Shown one piece after another: positions 19,399-31,114 of a DNA stretch of 64,000 bases. A program made the position numbers and the translations under genes. Under the pieces are notes generated by a model. It saw only the letters and a program-made list of their open reading frames with translations. It searched no databases and had not been told where the DNA came from. Where the stretch lies: NCBI GenBank assembly GCA_050287085.1, contig JBNKBE010000001.1, positions 192,001-256,000 on the forward strand, read 5' to 3'. How positions within the stretch are numbered: position 1 is the first letter of the stretch; each line of letters begins with the position of its first letter. Source of the stretch: Polyangiaceae bacterium (GTDB lineage: Bacteria; Myxococcota_A; Polyangia; Polyangiales; Polyangiaceae).

Positions 19399-20250
19399 AT
19401 GAGCTCACAACACGACCGCGTTCTGCGCGCAATGACCGACGACTCTTCTTTCCGCGTGGTAGCCCTCAGCAGTCACCACGTGGTGCGCGGTGTGCTCGCC
19501 ATGCAGTCGGCAAAAGGACGAGCGGCCCATCTGCTTGCGGACTTGTCTACCGGCATGGTGCTGCTTCGAGAAACGATGTCACCGAACCATCGAGTGCAGG
19601 GCATCTTGAAGCGAGCCAGCCCCAAGGGGTACCTCTTGGCCGACAGTCACCCGAATGGTCAGACGCGGGGGTTGCTCAGCCTGGGCAGTGAACCCACCAC
19701 CTTCGAACTCGACGGAGCCCTGTTGCAGGTGGTGCGCAGTCTGCAAACAGGACAGGTGCATCAGGGGGTGGTGGCCGTTTCGGGGGACGCCACCGTAGCC
19801 GAAGCTCTGATGACCTACATGCAGGAATCCGAGCAGATCGTGACCATGATTGGCGTCAATAGCGTCGTAACGAAGGGAAGCATCCGCGCGGGCGGCTATC
19901 TGGTGCAGCTACTTCCAGGTGCCGAGCGGGGAGCGCTGGCCGTGATGACGGAGCGTCTCGAGGACTTTCGCTCGATCGAAGGACTGATCGCGCGGGACGA
20001 CTTCAGCCCGGATCTACTGCTCGAAGAACTTCTCTACGGCATGCCCTACACCCGGCTGGACGACAGTGAGGTCAGAGCCGGCTGTTGGTGTTCGCGCAGC
20101 AGTATGCTCAGCGCCCTAGCCACCGTTAGCAAAGATGACATTCAGAGCATGATCGACGAGGGGAAAGTGCTGGAAATCAACTGCGACTATTGCACGCGAG
20201 AGTACCACGTCAGCCCCGCTGAGCTGCAAGGCCTGACCCACAGCCACTGA
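19399..20250 (+). CDS. hslO: Hsp33 redox-regulated chaperone
   Basis: YMQESEQI, AGGYLVQLLPGA, and C-terminal CWCS...CDYC zinc motif. Confidence 0.92.
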   Translation: MSSQHDRVLRAMTDDSSFRVVALSSHHVVRGVLAMQSAKGRAAHLLADLSTGMVLLRETMSPNHRVQGILKRASPKGYLLADSHPNGQTRGLLSLGSEPTTFELDGALLQVVRSLQTGQVHQGVVAVSGDATVAEALMTYMQESEQIVTMIGVNSVVTKGSIRAGGYLVQLLPGAERGALAVMTERLEDFRSIEGLIARDDFSPDLLLEELLYGMPYTRLDDSEVRAGCWCSRSSMLSALATVSKDDIQSMIDEGKVLEINCDYCTREYHVSPAELQGLTHSH

Positions 20251-20370
20251 CGGCGGCACACGGCTCGCGCGCTGGCGTTGGCAGCGTGAAAGGCGCGCCC
20301 CGACGTCAGTTGCCTGTCTGGGGCGCGTACTGGCTCTGCTGTCGCCGCCCCCCCCGGAGACCCGACGCAA

Positions 20371-22134
20371 TCACTCGGCCGCGGAAGAGCGGCGCAACTT
20401 CACTAGCCGCTGCTCCTGCAGCGTCCGCGCTTCGTCCGAGCTAGTGCGGGTGCTATGACAGGCTTGCCCTTGTCCGCTCTGATCGCTCATCGCCTGGCGC
20501 GTCTTGCTCGCCAAACGATGGATTTCTTCGCTCGACAACACGCCCCGTTGCTCCAGGATGCGTCGCTGCTCTTCCGTCAGCGCCGGTGACTTCATGACGC
20601 GTTCGCGGACGAAGCCTTCCTCTTTGCCTGAGTTGAACTCGACGATTTCCTTAGAGATACGGACGGAACACCAGTCGTGTCCACACATCGCGCAGAAGTC
20701 GGTGTCTACGTCTAGATCTTCGTCGTGGAAGGCGCGCGCCGTATCCGGATCGAAGGACAACTCGAAGTGCTTCTCCCAGTTGAGGGCCGCGCGAGCGCGG
20801 GTGAGATTGTCGTCCCAGTCACGCGAACCAGGAATACCGAGGGCCACGTCGGCCGCGTGCGCCGCTATGCGGTACGCCACGCAGCCTTGCTTCACGTCCT
20901 CGCGCTTCGGCAAGCCTAGATGCTCCTTAGGGGTCACATAACACAACATGGCAGCCCCATGATAAGCCGCAGCCGTCGCTCCGATGGAACTAGTGATGTG
21001 ATCGTAGCCGGGGAATACATCCGTAACCAAAGGTCCCAGCACGTAGAACGGCGCGCCGTGACATATGCGCCGCTGGAGCTTCATGTTGAACTCGATCTGG
21101 TCGAAGGGAACGTGGCCGGGGCCCTCCACCATCACCTGACACCCTTGCCTCCAAGCGATCTCCGTCAGACGCCCGAGCGCACTCAGTTCCCCTAGCTGGG
21201 CGCCGTCGCTGGCGTCCGCAAGTCCGCCGGGACGGAGTCCGTCACCCAGCGAGAACGTCACGTCAAACTCACGCATCACCTCGCAGATGCGCTCGAAGTG
21301 CGTATACATTGGGTTTTCGGCATTGTGCGTCAGCATCCACTTCGCCAACAAGGAGCCACCACGACTCACGATCCCGATCAAACGCTTCTGGATCAGCGGC
21401 AAGTGCTCGCGCAGCACGCCGGCATGAATGGTGAAATAGTCGACCCCCTGTTCCGCCTGATGACGAAGAGACTCTAGAATGACTTCCAGGGTGAGCTCTT
21501 CTATCTTCCGCCCAATGATCATCGAGTAGATTGGAACAGTACCGATGGGCACCGTCGAATGCTCTATGATGGCCTGACGGCACGCATCCAAATCGCCCCC
21601 GGTCGAAAGGTCCATCACGGTATCGGCGTGCCAACGCTCGGCCCATTTGAGCTTCTCGATCTCCTCCTGCGTGCCGGAGCTAACCGGAGAAGCCCCCATA
21701 TTGGCGTTGACCTTCGTCCGGCTCGCCCGCCCGATGGCCATCGGATCGAGCTTGTGGAGTAGGTGCCGCTTGTTCGCCGGAATCACCATGCGGCCAGCGG
21801 CCACTTCGTCTCGAACTTGCTCCGGACTCAGGTGGCCCTCGCGCTCCGCAACGCGTCGCATCTCCGGCGTGATAGCCCCGAGGCGTGCGTGTTCCAGTTG
21901 CGTCACCGGAACGAAGCCTTCCGGCGCACGCCACGAGCCGTTTTCCAAACGCCAATCAGGCGGCATGAAGTCCCAAGCGGTCTTGGTGCTGGGAGCGGGC
22001 ATGCCTGGGGTATCCGGAGACGAGTAGCTAAGGGGCCCCCCGACATCCGACCCACGAGCAAACGAGCCCGGATTGGTGCCCGCGGCCGTCGATGAGGGGT
22101 TTTGGGCACCGTGTAGAGGTAGCGATATCGTCAT
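20371..22134 (-). CDS. thiC: Phosphomethylpyrimidine synthase
   Basis: [65 protein letters not shown] Fe-S motif. Start uncertain (22134, or MPAP further downstream). Confidence 0.96.
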   Translation of the reverse strand: MTISLPLHGAQNPSSTAAGTNPGSFARGSDVGGPLSYSSPDTPGMPAPSTKTAWDFMPPDWRLENGSWRAPEGFVPVTQLEHARLGAITPEMRRVAEREGHLSPEQVRDEVAAGRMVIPANKRHLLHKLDPMAIGRASRTKVNANMGASPVSSGTQEEIEKLKWAERWHADTVMDLSTGGDLDACRQAIIEHSTVPIGTVPIYSMIIGRKIEELTLEVILESLRHQAEQGVDYFTIHAGVLREHLPLIQKRLIGIVSRGGSLLAKWMLTHNAENPMYTHFERICEVMREFDVTFSLGDGLRPGGLADASDGAQLGELSALGRLTEIAWRQGCQVMVEGPGHVPFDQIEFNMKLQRRICHGAPFYVLGPLVTDVFPGYDHITSSIGATAAAYHGAAMLCYVTPKEHLGLPKREDVKQGCVAYRIAAHAADVALGIPGSRDWDDNLTRARAALNWEKHFELSFDPDTARAFHDEDLDVDTDFCAMCGHDWCSVRISKEIVEFNSGKEEGFVRERVMKSPALTEEQRRILEQRGVLSSEEIHRLASKTRQAMSDQSGQGQACHSTRTSSDEARTLQEQRLVKLRRSSAAE

Positions 22135-22366
22135 GGCTGGAAATGTTGGAGGGTAGTCTGAAACGGCGGTGGTTGGCAGCGCAGGATATCGTCGTGGAGC
22201 GCGGGCTGGGCCCCACGACCGGGGAGACAAGCGCTCGCTGCGTATCCGCGTCGAGTCGCGGAATCAGAACGGAAACAGGTGTGTTCCCAGGCTAGCCAGT
22301 CGGAGGGTTCTGGTGCATACCCCCCCGAACGACGACACCCATTCCGTCGCACAGCAAAGGATCCGC

Positions 22367-23314
22367 GTGTTACCCACCTTCGATTGGAACATTAGCCCCA
22401 CCATCTTCAAGTATCCGGAGTGGCTCTCCTTTTTGCCGGGAGACGGACTGCGCTACTACAGCCTGTTGTACGTGCTCGTATTCTTGGGCGGGTTTCATTT
22501 GCTCAGCTGGCAGATCAAACGAGCCGGGGGCACAGAAGAGGAGGCCAGCGACTTCGTCCTATACGGCGTAATTGCGGTGCTCGGTGGCTCGCGGCTCGGC
22601 CACGTCTTCTTCTATGACTTCGACAAGTTCAAGGAAGATCCGCTGTGGCTATTCCGCATCTGGGAAGGTGGATTGGCAAGCCACGGCGGCATGCTCGGCC
22701 TGATTGCGGGCATGTGGGTCTTCACCAAGATCAAAAGACAGTCATTCTTCGAAGGCGCCGATCGCTTTGCATTCTCAGCCGCCCTCGGCTCCACGCTGAT
22801 CCGGATCGGCAACTTCTTCAATTCAGAGATCGTGGGTCGCAAGACGGACCAGACTTGGGGCGTCCGCTTCGTCCGCGTCGACGGCCCACACGGCGACCTG
22901 CGCCACCCGAGCCAACTCTATGAAGTCGCACTCGGGATCCTGGTCTTCGCGAGCCTGTACGTGGCCGACAGGGCTTGGGGCAAAGAGAAGCGCCCTCGCG
23001 GAGCGTTGATCTCGCTGTTTTTTGCCCTCTACTTCACCGGGCGGTTCTTCGTCGAATACGTCAAAGACTACCAGACGCTTACGAGTGACAACCCGCTCAC
23101 GATGGGTCAGATCCTGAGCATTGTGCCCGCCGCTGCCGGATACCTAGGACTCTACCTGGCGTTCAAGCGGCGTATCCCTGCCCAATGGAACGTGTACGCG
23201 CCCCCCACTGACGCAGAACTCGAGCAGGCCGATAGCGATGAGGATGATGGCGCTATCGACGAAGACGCCGACGTCGTCGCAGAAGCGCTCGAAACCTCGC
23301 GCAAGAAGGGTTGA
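22367..23314 (+). CDS. lgt: Prolipoprotein diacylglyceryl transferase
   Basis: LRYYSL, GSRLGHVFFY, IWEGGLASHGG, RIGNFFNSEIVG, HPSQLYE, RFFVEY, MGQILS. GTG start chosen at 22367. Confidence 0.95.
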   Translation: MLPTFDWNISPTIFKYPEWLSFLPGDGLRYYSLLYVLVFLGGFHLLSWQIKRAGGTEEEASDFVLYGVIAVLGGSRLGHVFFYDFDKFKEDPLWLFRIWEGGLASHGGMLGLIAGMWVFTKIKRQSFFEGADRFAFSAALGSTLIRIGNFFNSEIVGRKTDQTWGVRFVRVDGPHGDLRHPSQLYEVALGILVFASLYVADRAWGKEKRPRGALISLFFALYFTGRFFVEYVKDYQTLTSDNPLTMGQILSIVPAAAGYLGLYLAFKRRIPAQWNVYAPPTDAELEQADSDEDDGAIDEDADVVAEALETSRKKG

Positions 23315-23468
23315 GCATTTGAGGACTGCACCTCCGCGGTCCCAACAAACCCTGCGCACCACACGGCGGAGCTTCCGCGGCGGCCAACCGGGGCTACTGC
23401 GGACGCAAGCGCTGAGGCCGATGCCGATTGGGGTTGGAACTTGCGGCTCGGACCGTTAGATCGCGATC

Positions 23469-25121
<1,653 letters not shown>

Positions 25122-25280
25122 AAGCCCCCTGTCGACCGGGACCCCGCACGTCGCTCCCACGCGTGGCTCCCACACTTCGCTCCCACATTTCACGCCCGCA
25201 CGCCGCAGCATCGGGGCGACCTCGCCCCTAGGGGTCGACACGATGCTGCAGCGCCCTTAGGATGGGTTCTTGGTCAAATC

Positions 25281-25805
25281 ATGGTTACCTCGGCACTCGA
25301 TAGCTTGATCGTCGACAAGCTGGAACGCCTGCGGGAACGTCTCCACCGCTTGGGTGAGCGCCCCTCCATGCGTTTTCCCAGCGCCTCCCCCGATCTTATT
25401 GAGGTCATGACGGTGCTCGAGCGCTACGGCGCAATGTGCGAAGCCATGTATCTCATGATGGCGGCGGACGGAAAGGTTCTCAACGTGGAGCGCGAGGTCC
25501 TGCGCGGAGCGCTGGAAATCGTGGCAGACGGAACCGTACGAACCGCGCATATGGAAGCCATGTTGGACGCCGCGGCGCGGAAGGTCGCGACGGAGGGCGT
25601 CGACGCACGCCTCGAGGCGGTAGTCCACGCCCTGTCCGCTGACACCATCAAAGCGGAACTGACCCTCGTGTTGTGCGCCGCGATCGCCGTTGCCGATCGC
25701 AAGCTCCCGGATTCGGAACGCGCGTTGTATCATCGCTTGGCGAGTGGTCTCGAAATCGACGCTGAGCGCGCCAACCAGCTTCTTCAAGAACTGGCCCAAG
25801 GCTAG
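25281..25805 (+). CDS. TerB-family (tellurite resistance-like) protein
   Basis: AMYLMMAADGKVLNVERE and AIAVADRKLPDSERALYHRLASGL paired TerB motifs. Confidence 0.8.
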   Translation: MVTSALDSLIVDKLERLRERLHRLGERPSMRFPSASPDLIEVMTVLERYGAMCEAMYLMMAADGKVLNVEREVLRGALEIVADGTVRTAHMEAMLDAAARKVATEGVDARLEAVVHALSADTIKAELTLVLCAAIAVADRKLPDSERALYHRLASGLEIDAERANQLLQELAQG

Positions 25806-26421
25806 AGCCTGACCCGAACGCGGCTGCGCCTTGCGCGGTGACCCAGCCATCACCGCGGCTGCGGCTAAGCCCACCTTGGCGGCAGCGCCCGACCCTTGCG
25901 CGGAGCCGTTCAGTGCAGCTTGACGACGCGACTCCGGCGCTCGGGCCCGCAGATGGAACACCCTCCGAGCGCGTCCCCGTTCAGGATCGAGTCAGTGCTT
26001 TGCACCAAAGCGGTCATTTCCTGAACCGGGTGTTTCGCCCGTTCGAATGTTTCTGAACGTCATCAAACACGACTCAGGCTCCAAAGCGGAAACAGGATTG
26101 CAGCATTTATTCCGCCCAAGAGCGTTCGTTTGTTGACTCTTGGAGCTGGTCTTGGCCCCGCACCTCGAATCCAGAAACCGTCTCGAAACAGCAACCGACG
26201 CGAAACGCCCGCGTCCGCTCCGCTTGTTTCTAGATCACGTCTCCTCGGTAGCAATGTCGCTTCGTGGTCAGTCCGCGACGCTTCGCAGGCGATGTTTCCC
26301 GTCTGCGTCAGCTTCAGTTCATCTTCGCCACCTGCCGCAACGCTCTTGCGACGGCAGTCTCACTCTTTAGGATGGGTCGTGTTCACCCCCTGCCGCAGGG
26401 CTCAACGTAAGCACGAAACCC

Positions 26422-27870
26422 ATGAAGACAAAACGCCCCAAGCAAACTCCTGTTCTCCCGCAAATCTCCCGTCGCCAAGCTAGCGGCTATCTCATGGCAT
26501 CGGTCGCTGCCGCAGCCGGCTGTTCCAAGAAGGAAGCGCCAAAGCCGGCCGCTCCAAGTGGATCCGCTTCCACGGCCGCGGCCACCGAAGAGCTGCTCAA
26601 AGGCCTCGATCTCGAAAAGGATCAGCTGAAGCTCGGCTTCATCAAGCTGACGGATTGTGCCCCCCTCATCATCGCGAAGGAGAAAGGGTACTTCTCCGAC
26701 GAAGGCTTAACGGTCGAGCTTGAAGCTCAGGCTAACTGGAAGGTCCTTCTCGACCGAGTGATTGGTGGGGAACTCGACGGCGCGCATATGCTCGCCGGTC
26801 AACCTATCGGCGCAACCATCGGTTTTGGAACGAAAGCCCACGTCGTTACCGCCTTCAGCATGGACCTCAACGGCAACGGCATTACCGTGTCGAACGAGAT
26901 CTGGAAGGAGATGCAGAAGAACGATCCAAAACTGGCATCTCCGACTCCACCTCACCCCATTACGGCCGAAAGCCTCGTTCCTATCGTCAAGGCGCGAAAG
27001 GCCAAAGGTGAGATCCTGAAAATGGGCATGGTATTCCCGGTCTCAACTCACAACTATGAGCTCCGCTATTGGCTGGCCGCGGCGGGCATTCACCCGGGGT
27101 TCTACACCGCAACAGATGCTCGTGGTGTTGATCAAGCGGACGTTGAGCTCAGTGTCACGCCTCCCCCCCAGATGCCGGCCACTCTCGAGGCGGGTACCAT
27201 TCAAGGCTACTGCGTAGGCGAGCCATGGAATCAGCAGGCAGTAGTCCGAAAGATCGGCGTGCCGGTCACCACCAACTACGACATATGGAAGAACAACCCT
27301 GAGAAGGTATTCGGCGTATCCAAGGAATGGGCCGACAAGAATAAGAAGACCCACGTAGCCGTCGTCAAAGCGCTAATCCGCGCTGGGAAGTGGTTGGACG
27401 CATCGTTGGAGAACCGCAAGGAAGCGGCCAAGATACTATCCCAGAAAGAATACGTCGGTGCGGATGAACAGGTCATAGCAAACAGCATGACCGGCACGTT
27501 CTTGTTCCAGTCCACGGACAAGCGCTCGATGCCGGACTTCAACGTATTCTATCGCTACTACGCCACCTACCCGTTCTATAGCGACGCCATTTGGTTCCTC
27601 ACTCAAATGCGTCGGTGGGGCCAGATCGCCGAGAGCAAACCGGACTCTTGGTATCACGAGCAAGCCAAGAAGGTCTATCAACCCGCGATCTACCTGGAGG
27701 CCGCGCAGGCACTGCTCGAAGAGGGCAAGATCGATAAGTCCGAGGTCCCTTGGGATACGGATGGATACAAGGCGCCCACGTCTGACTTCATCGACGGTGT
27801 CGAATACGACGGCAAGAAGCCACTCGACTACGTCAAGAAGTTCCAGATCGGCATGAAGGACGCCGGCTGA
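26422..27870 (+). CDS. nrtA: NrtA/CmpA-family ABC substrate-binding lipoprotein (nitrate/nitrite type)
   Basis: [72 protein letters not shown] twin-arginine-like signal with lipobox AAGC. Confidence 0.93.
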   Translation: MKTKRPKQTPVLPQISRRQASGYLMASVAAAAGCSKKEAPKPAAPSGSASTAAATEELLKGLDLEKDQLKLGFIKLTDCAPLIIAKEKGYFSDEGLTVELEAQANWKVLLDRVIGGELDGAHMLAGQPIGATIGFGTKAHVVTAFSMDLNGNGITVSNEIWKEMQKNDPKLASPTPPHPITAESLVPIVKARKAKGEILKMGMVFPVSTHNYELRYWLAAAGIHPGFYTATDARGVDQADVELSVTPPPQMPATLEAGTIQGYCVGEPWNQQAVVRKIGVPVTTNYDIWKNNPEKVFGVSKEWADKNKKTHVAVVKALIRAGKWLDASLENRKEAAKILSQKEYVGADEQVIANSMTGTFLFQSTDKRSMPDFNVFYRYYATYPFYSDAIWFLTQMRRWGQIAESKPDSWYHEQAKKVYQPAIYLEAAQALLEEGKIDKSEVPWDTDGYKAPTSDFIDGVEYDGKKPLDYVKKFQIGMKDAG

Positions 27871-27883
27871 GGTCAGATTCTGC

Positions 27884-27920
27884 GTTGGGGGGCGCGCGGT
27901 GTGGTGCCGCGCCCCCCGGC
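27884..27920 (+). terminator. Intercistronic stem-loop after nrtA
   Basis: GGGGGGCGCG (27887-27896) pairs with CGCGCCCCCC (27908-27917); no U-tract. Confidence 0.6.
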
Positions 27921-27960
27921 GCACCATTCGCACCACTCACTTGTAATAAGGAAATTCGGA

Positions 27961-29073
27961 ATGGCTGTTAAAGAAAGAATTATCCAAGGATTAGACATCG
28001 CGGGGCTATCTGTACTCGAGCCCCTCGTTCGTCTGATTTCTGGCGAGGACCCCCGCGAGCAAATGCGCAAGCTTGCGCGTTTTGTCGGCATTCCCATGCT
28101 CGCGTTCGGATGCTTCCTCGGGTCCTGGTCCGTCGTCGCGCGCAACATAGAAACCAAGTACGGGACTCTGCCCACGCCCGTAGAGGTGTTCCACGAAGCC
28201 AAGAATCTTGCCGCTGATCACTACGCCACTCGCGCCGAAGAGGACGCTTTCAACGTATCCCGCGCTGAAACTGTAGCCAGCCTTCAGACCGTCCGCACGC
28301 AATTGGCCTCCGCACTCGCCGCGGCACAAGGTACCAGGGCCGAATCGCTAAGCGCCAAGCTCTCCAAGATAGACGCACGTATCGAACAGACGAAGCAGCG
28401 TCGCTTCTCCGCTAGCCCCACGTACTTCGACCAGATCATCACCAGCCTGAAGACTGTCTTTGCCGGCTTTGTCGTAGCCTCATTGATTGCGATTCCGATC
28501 GGCATTCTGTGTGGACTAAGCCCCACATTTCAGGCGGCGGTCGCCCCGCTCATACAGATCTTCAAACCTGTTTCTCCACTTGCCTGGCTTCCGATCGTCA
28601 TGATCGTAGTGGGCGCTCTGTACACTACGAAGCCGAGCGAAGCCTGGTTCGAGAAGTCGTTCATCAGCTCTGCTCTAACCGTAGCGTTGTGCTCGCTATG
28701 GCCAACGCTGACCAACACGGCTCTCGGAGTCGCGTCCATCGAGAAGGATCATCTGAACGTCGCTGCCGTACTTCAGCTCGACTTCTGGACACGTATCCGC
28801 AAGATCGTACTGCCTTCGTCATTGCCACTAATGTTCGCTGGCCTAAGAATTTCCCTTGGCGTAGGGTGGATGGTGTTGATCGCCGCTGAAATGCTCGCAC
28901 AGAACCCGGGGCTCGGTAAGTTCGTCTGGGACATGTTTCAGAACGGCAGCAGCCAAACCCTGGCGCAGATCATGGTGGCCGTCTTCACCATCGGCTTCAT
29001 TGGCTTCCTGCTAGACCGCGTAATGGTCACACTGCAACGCTCGGTTAGCTACGACTCACAGGTTGCAGCGTAG
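27961..29073 (+). CDS. nrtB: Nitrate ABC transporter permease
   Basis: [66 protein letters not shown]. Confidence 0.93.
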   Translation: MAVKERIIQGLDIAGLSVLEPLVRLISGEDPREQMRKLARFVGIPMLAFGCFLGSWSVVARNIETKYGTLPTPVEVFHEAKNLAADHYATRAEEDAFNVSRAETVASLQTVRTQLASALAAAQGTRAESLSAKLSKIDARIEQTKQRRFSASPTYFDQIITSLKTVFAGFVVASLIAIPIGILCGLSPTFQAAVAPLIQIFKPVSPLAWLPIVMIVVGALYTTKPSEAWFEKSFISSALTVALCSLWPTLTNTALGVASIEKDHLNVAAVLQLDFWTRIRKIVLPSSLPLMFAGLRISLGVGWMVLIAAEMLAQNPGLGKFVWDMFQNGSSQTLAQIMVAVFTIGFIGFLLDRVMVTLQRSVSYDSQVAA

Positions 29074-29084
29074 AAAGGCCCCTG

Positions 29085-29957
29085 ATGTCATTCCTAAGCC
29101 TCAATCGAGTAAACAAGGGCTTCGGGGTTGGAAACAGCCGCACTGAGGTGTTGCGTGGTATCAACCTCGACATCGAAGAAGGTGAGTTCATCGCTATCAT
29201 CGGGTTTTCAGGTAGCGGTAAGTCAACCCTGATCAACCTGATAGCGGGGCTCACCACGCCGGACTCCGGGACCATCAAGCTCGCAGGAGAGACAATTAAA
29301 GGAGCCGGCCCAGACCGGGGAGTGGTGTTTCAGAACTACTCGCTTCTGCCGTGGCTCAGCGTCTATGAAAACGTCGCCTTGGCCGTCGACCGTGTCTTCC
29401 CGGCGTGGTCCGCTGACAAGCGACGTGAACACTGCCTCAAGTACATCGACATGGTTAGCCTGACGCCCGCATTGGGAAAGAAGCCCCGCGAGCTTTCGGG
29501 CGGTATGCGGCAGCGGGTCTCGGTTGCCCGTGCCCTCGCCATGAATCCCAAGATGCTACTCTTGGATGAGCCACTGGGAGCATTGGACGCCCTGACGCGA
29601 GCTGTTCTCCAATCCGAAATCGAACGCATTTGGGAAGCCGACAAGAAGACAGTAATCCTGATTACCAACGACGTAGACGAAGCACTGTTGCTTGCCGACC
29701 GCGTGATCCCGCTGAAGCCAGGTCCCAACGCAACCCTCGGCCCAAGTTTCAAGGTCGATCTGGATCGCCCTCGGGACCGTACGAAACTCAACTCGAATGC
29801 CCAGTTCAGGAAGCTACGCAACGAACTCGTTACGTATCTTACTCGCTGCCGCAGCGAAGCGCGCGCAGCAGAACGGCAAAACGCCAGCTCTGACGATGGA
29901 GACGAGGAATTTGTTCCCCGCGCAGAGCCACTAGATTTACTTCCCGCTCGCAGCTGA
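29085..29957 (+). CDS. nrtC: Nitrate ABC transporter ATP-binding subunit 1
   Basis: [35 protein letters not shown]-loop reads ITND. Confidence 0.9.
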   Translation: MSFLSLNRVNKGFGVGNSRTEVLRGINLDIEEGEFIAIIGFSGSGKSTLINLIAGLTTPDSGTIKLAGETIKGAGPDRGVVFQNYSLLPWLSVYENVALAVDRVFPAWSADKRREHCLKYIDMVSLTPALGKKPRELSGGMRQRVSVARALAMNPKMLLLDEPLGALDALTRAVLQSEIERIWEADKKTVILITNDVDEALLLADRVIPLKPGPNATLGPSFKVDLDRPRDRTKLNSNAQFRKLRNELVTYLTRCRSEARAAERQNASSDDGDEEFVPRAEPLDLLPARS

Positions 29958-29965
29958 GGTTCAGG

Positions 29966-30778
29966 ATGGCAGGCTACGTAGAACTATACAAAGTAGGTAA
30001 GACCTATGAGACCCCCAAGGGTCCCGCGGTCATCGTCGAGGACTTCAATCTCAACATCGCGGAAGGCGAGTTCATCGCTCTTCTCGGCCATTCAGGCTGC
30101 GGAAAATCCACAGTCTTGACGATGATGGCTGGCCTAAACTCAATCACAACCGGCGGCATCGTCGTCGCCAAGCGTGAGATCAACGGCCCAGGTCCCGACC
30201 GAGGTGTGGTATTTCAATCCCCATGCCTCATGCCCTGGCTCACAGCTGGGGAGAACGTTGCGCTCGGGGTCGATCGCGTCTTTCGACACGAGTCAAGAGA
30301 AACGCGTCAGAAGATGGTGCGCTACTATCTGAAGCTAGTTGGCCTCGGAGAAGCGGTCGATAAGCGTGCTTCCGACCTTAGCACGGGCATGCAGCAACGC
30401 GTAGGCATAGCACGAGCGTTTGCGCTGTCGCCCAAGATGCTATTGCTCGACGAGCCCTTCGGGATGCTGGACTCACTGACCCGCATGGAATTGCAGGAGG
30501 TACTGCTCAACATCCTGGAGCGCAACCGCAAGACGGCCCTGATGGTGACACACGACGTGGACGAAGCCTTGTTCTGCGCCGATAGGGTCGTCATGATGAC
30601 GAATGGACCGGCCGCACAAGTCGGCAAAGTCATCGAGGTTCCTTTTGAACGTCCGCGCGAGCGAGAGGCCGTGATGTCGCACCCTGACTACTACCGGCTG
30701 CGCGAAGAGATGATCGGCTTCCTCGAGGAGCAGGAGAAGCTCAAGCATCAGGCCAAATCGAGCGACAAGGCGGCGTAG
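29966..30778 (+). CDS. nrtD: Nitrate ABC transporter ATP-binding subunit 2
   Basis: [45 protein letters not shown]. Confidence 0.9.
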   Translation: MAGYVELYKVGKTYETPKGPAVIVEDFNLNIAEGEFIALLGHSGCGKSTVLTMMAGLNSITTGGIVVAKREINGPGPDRGVVFQSPCLMPWLTAGENVALGVDRVFRHESRETRQKMVRYYLKLVGLGEAVDKRASDLSTGMQQRVGIARAFALSPKMLLLDEPFGMLDSLTRMELQEVLLNILERNRKTALMVTHDVDEALFCADRVVMMTNGPAAQVGKVIEVPFERPREREAVMSHPDYYRLREEMIGFLEEQEKLKHQAKSSDKAA

Positions 30779-31114
30779 CAGAGAGCGCACCCTGCGCAGG
30801 CTGGAGCGCGGAGGCGCTGCCCCTGGATGAAGCGCCAAGCCGGGTCTCCCCGGACTCAGAAGGACGCGAGTCGATACCGACCGCGTCCTTCCTGTATTTG
30901 GACAGCGCCCTAAGAACGCCCGGGACCTAGGGGAATGACGCCGGCGGCGGCACAGCGCTGTTCGAGCACACCCCAGGTCGCATCGAAGCCTGGCCGTTCC
31001 AGGGAAACGAAAACGCCTGACCACGCAGGCACGGGAGTGTTTCTGTCTCTTTTAATCTGAGGACGGGCTCAGTTCCCATTTGCAGCATTCCAGATACCTC
31101 TTTAGGTTGAGTGC

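Noticed and set aside
30779..31114. Internal sigma54 promoter or ANTAR leader before the flavoprotein gene
   Set aside because: GGCACG near 31028 has no GC at the -12 position and no convincing dual hairpin was found; an internal promoter remains possible but is unsupported.
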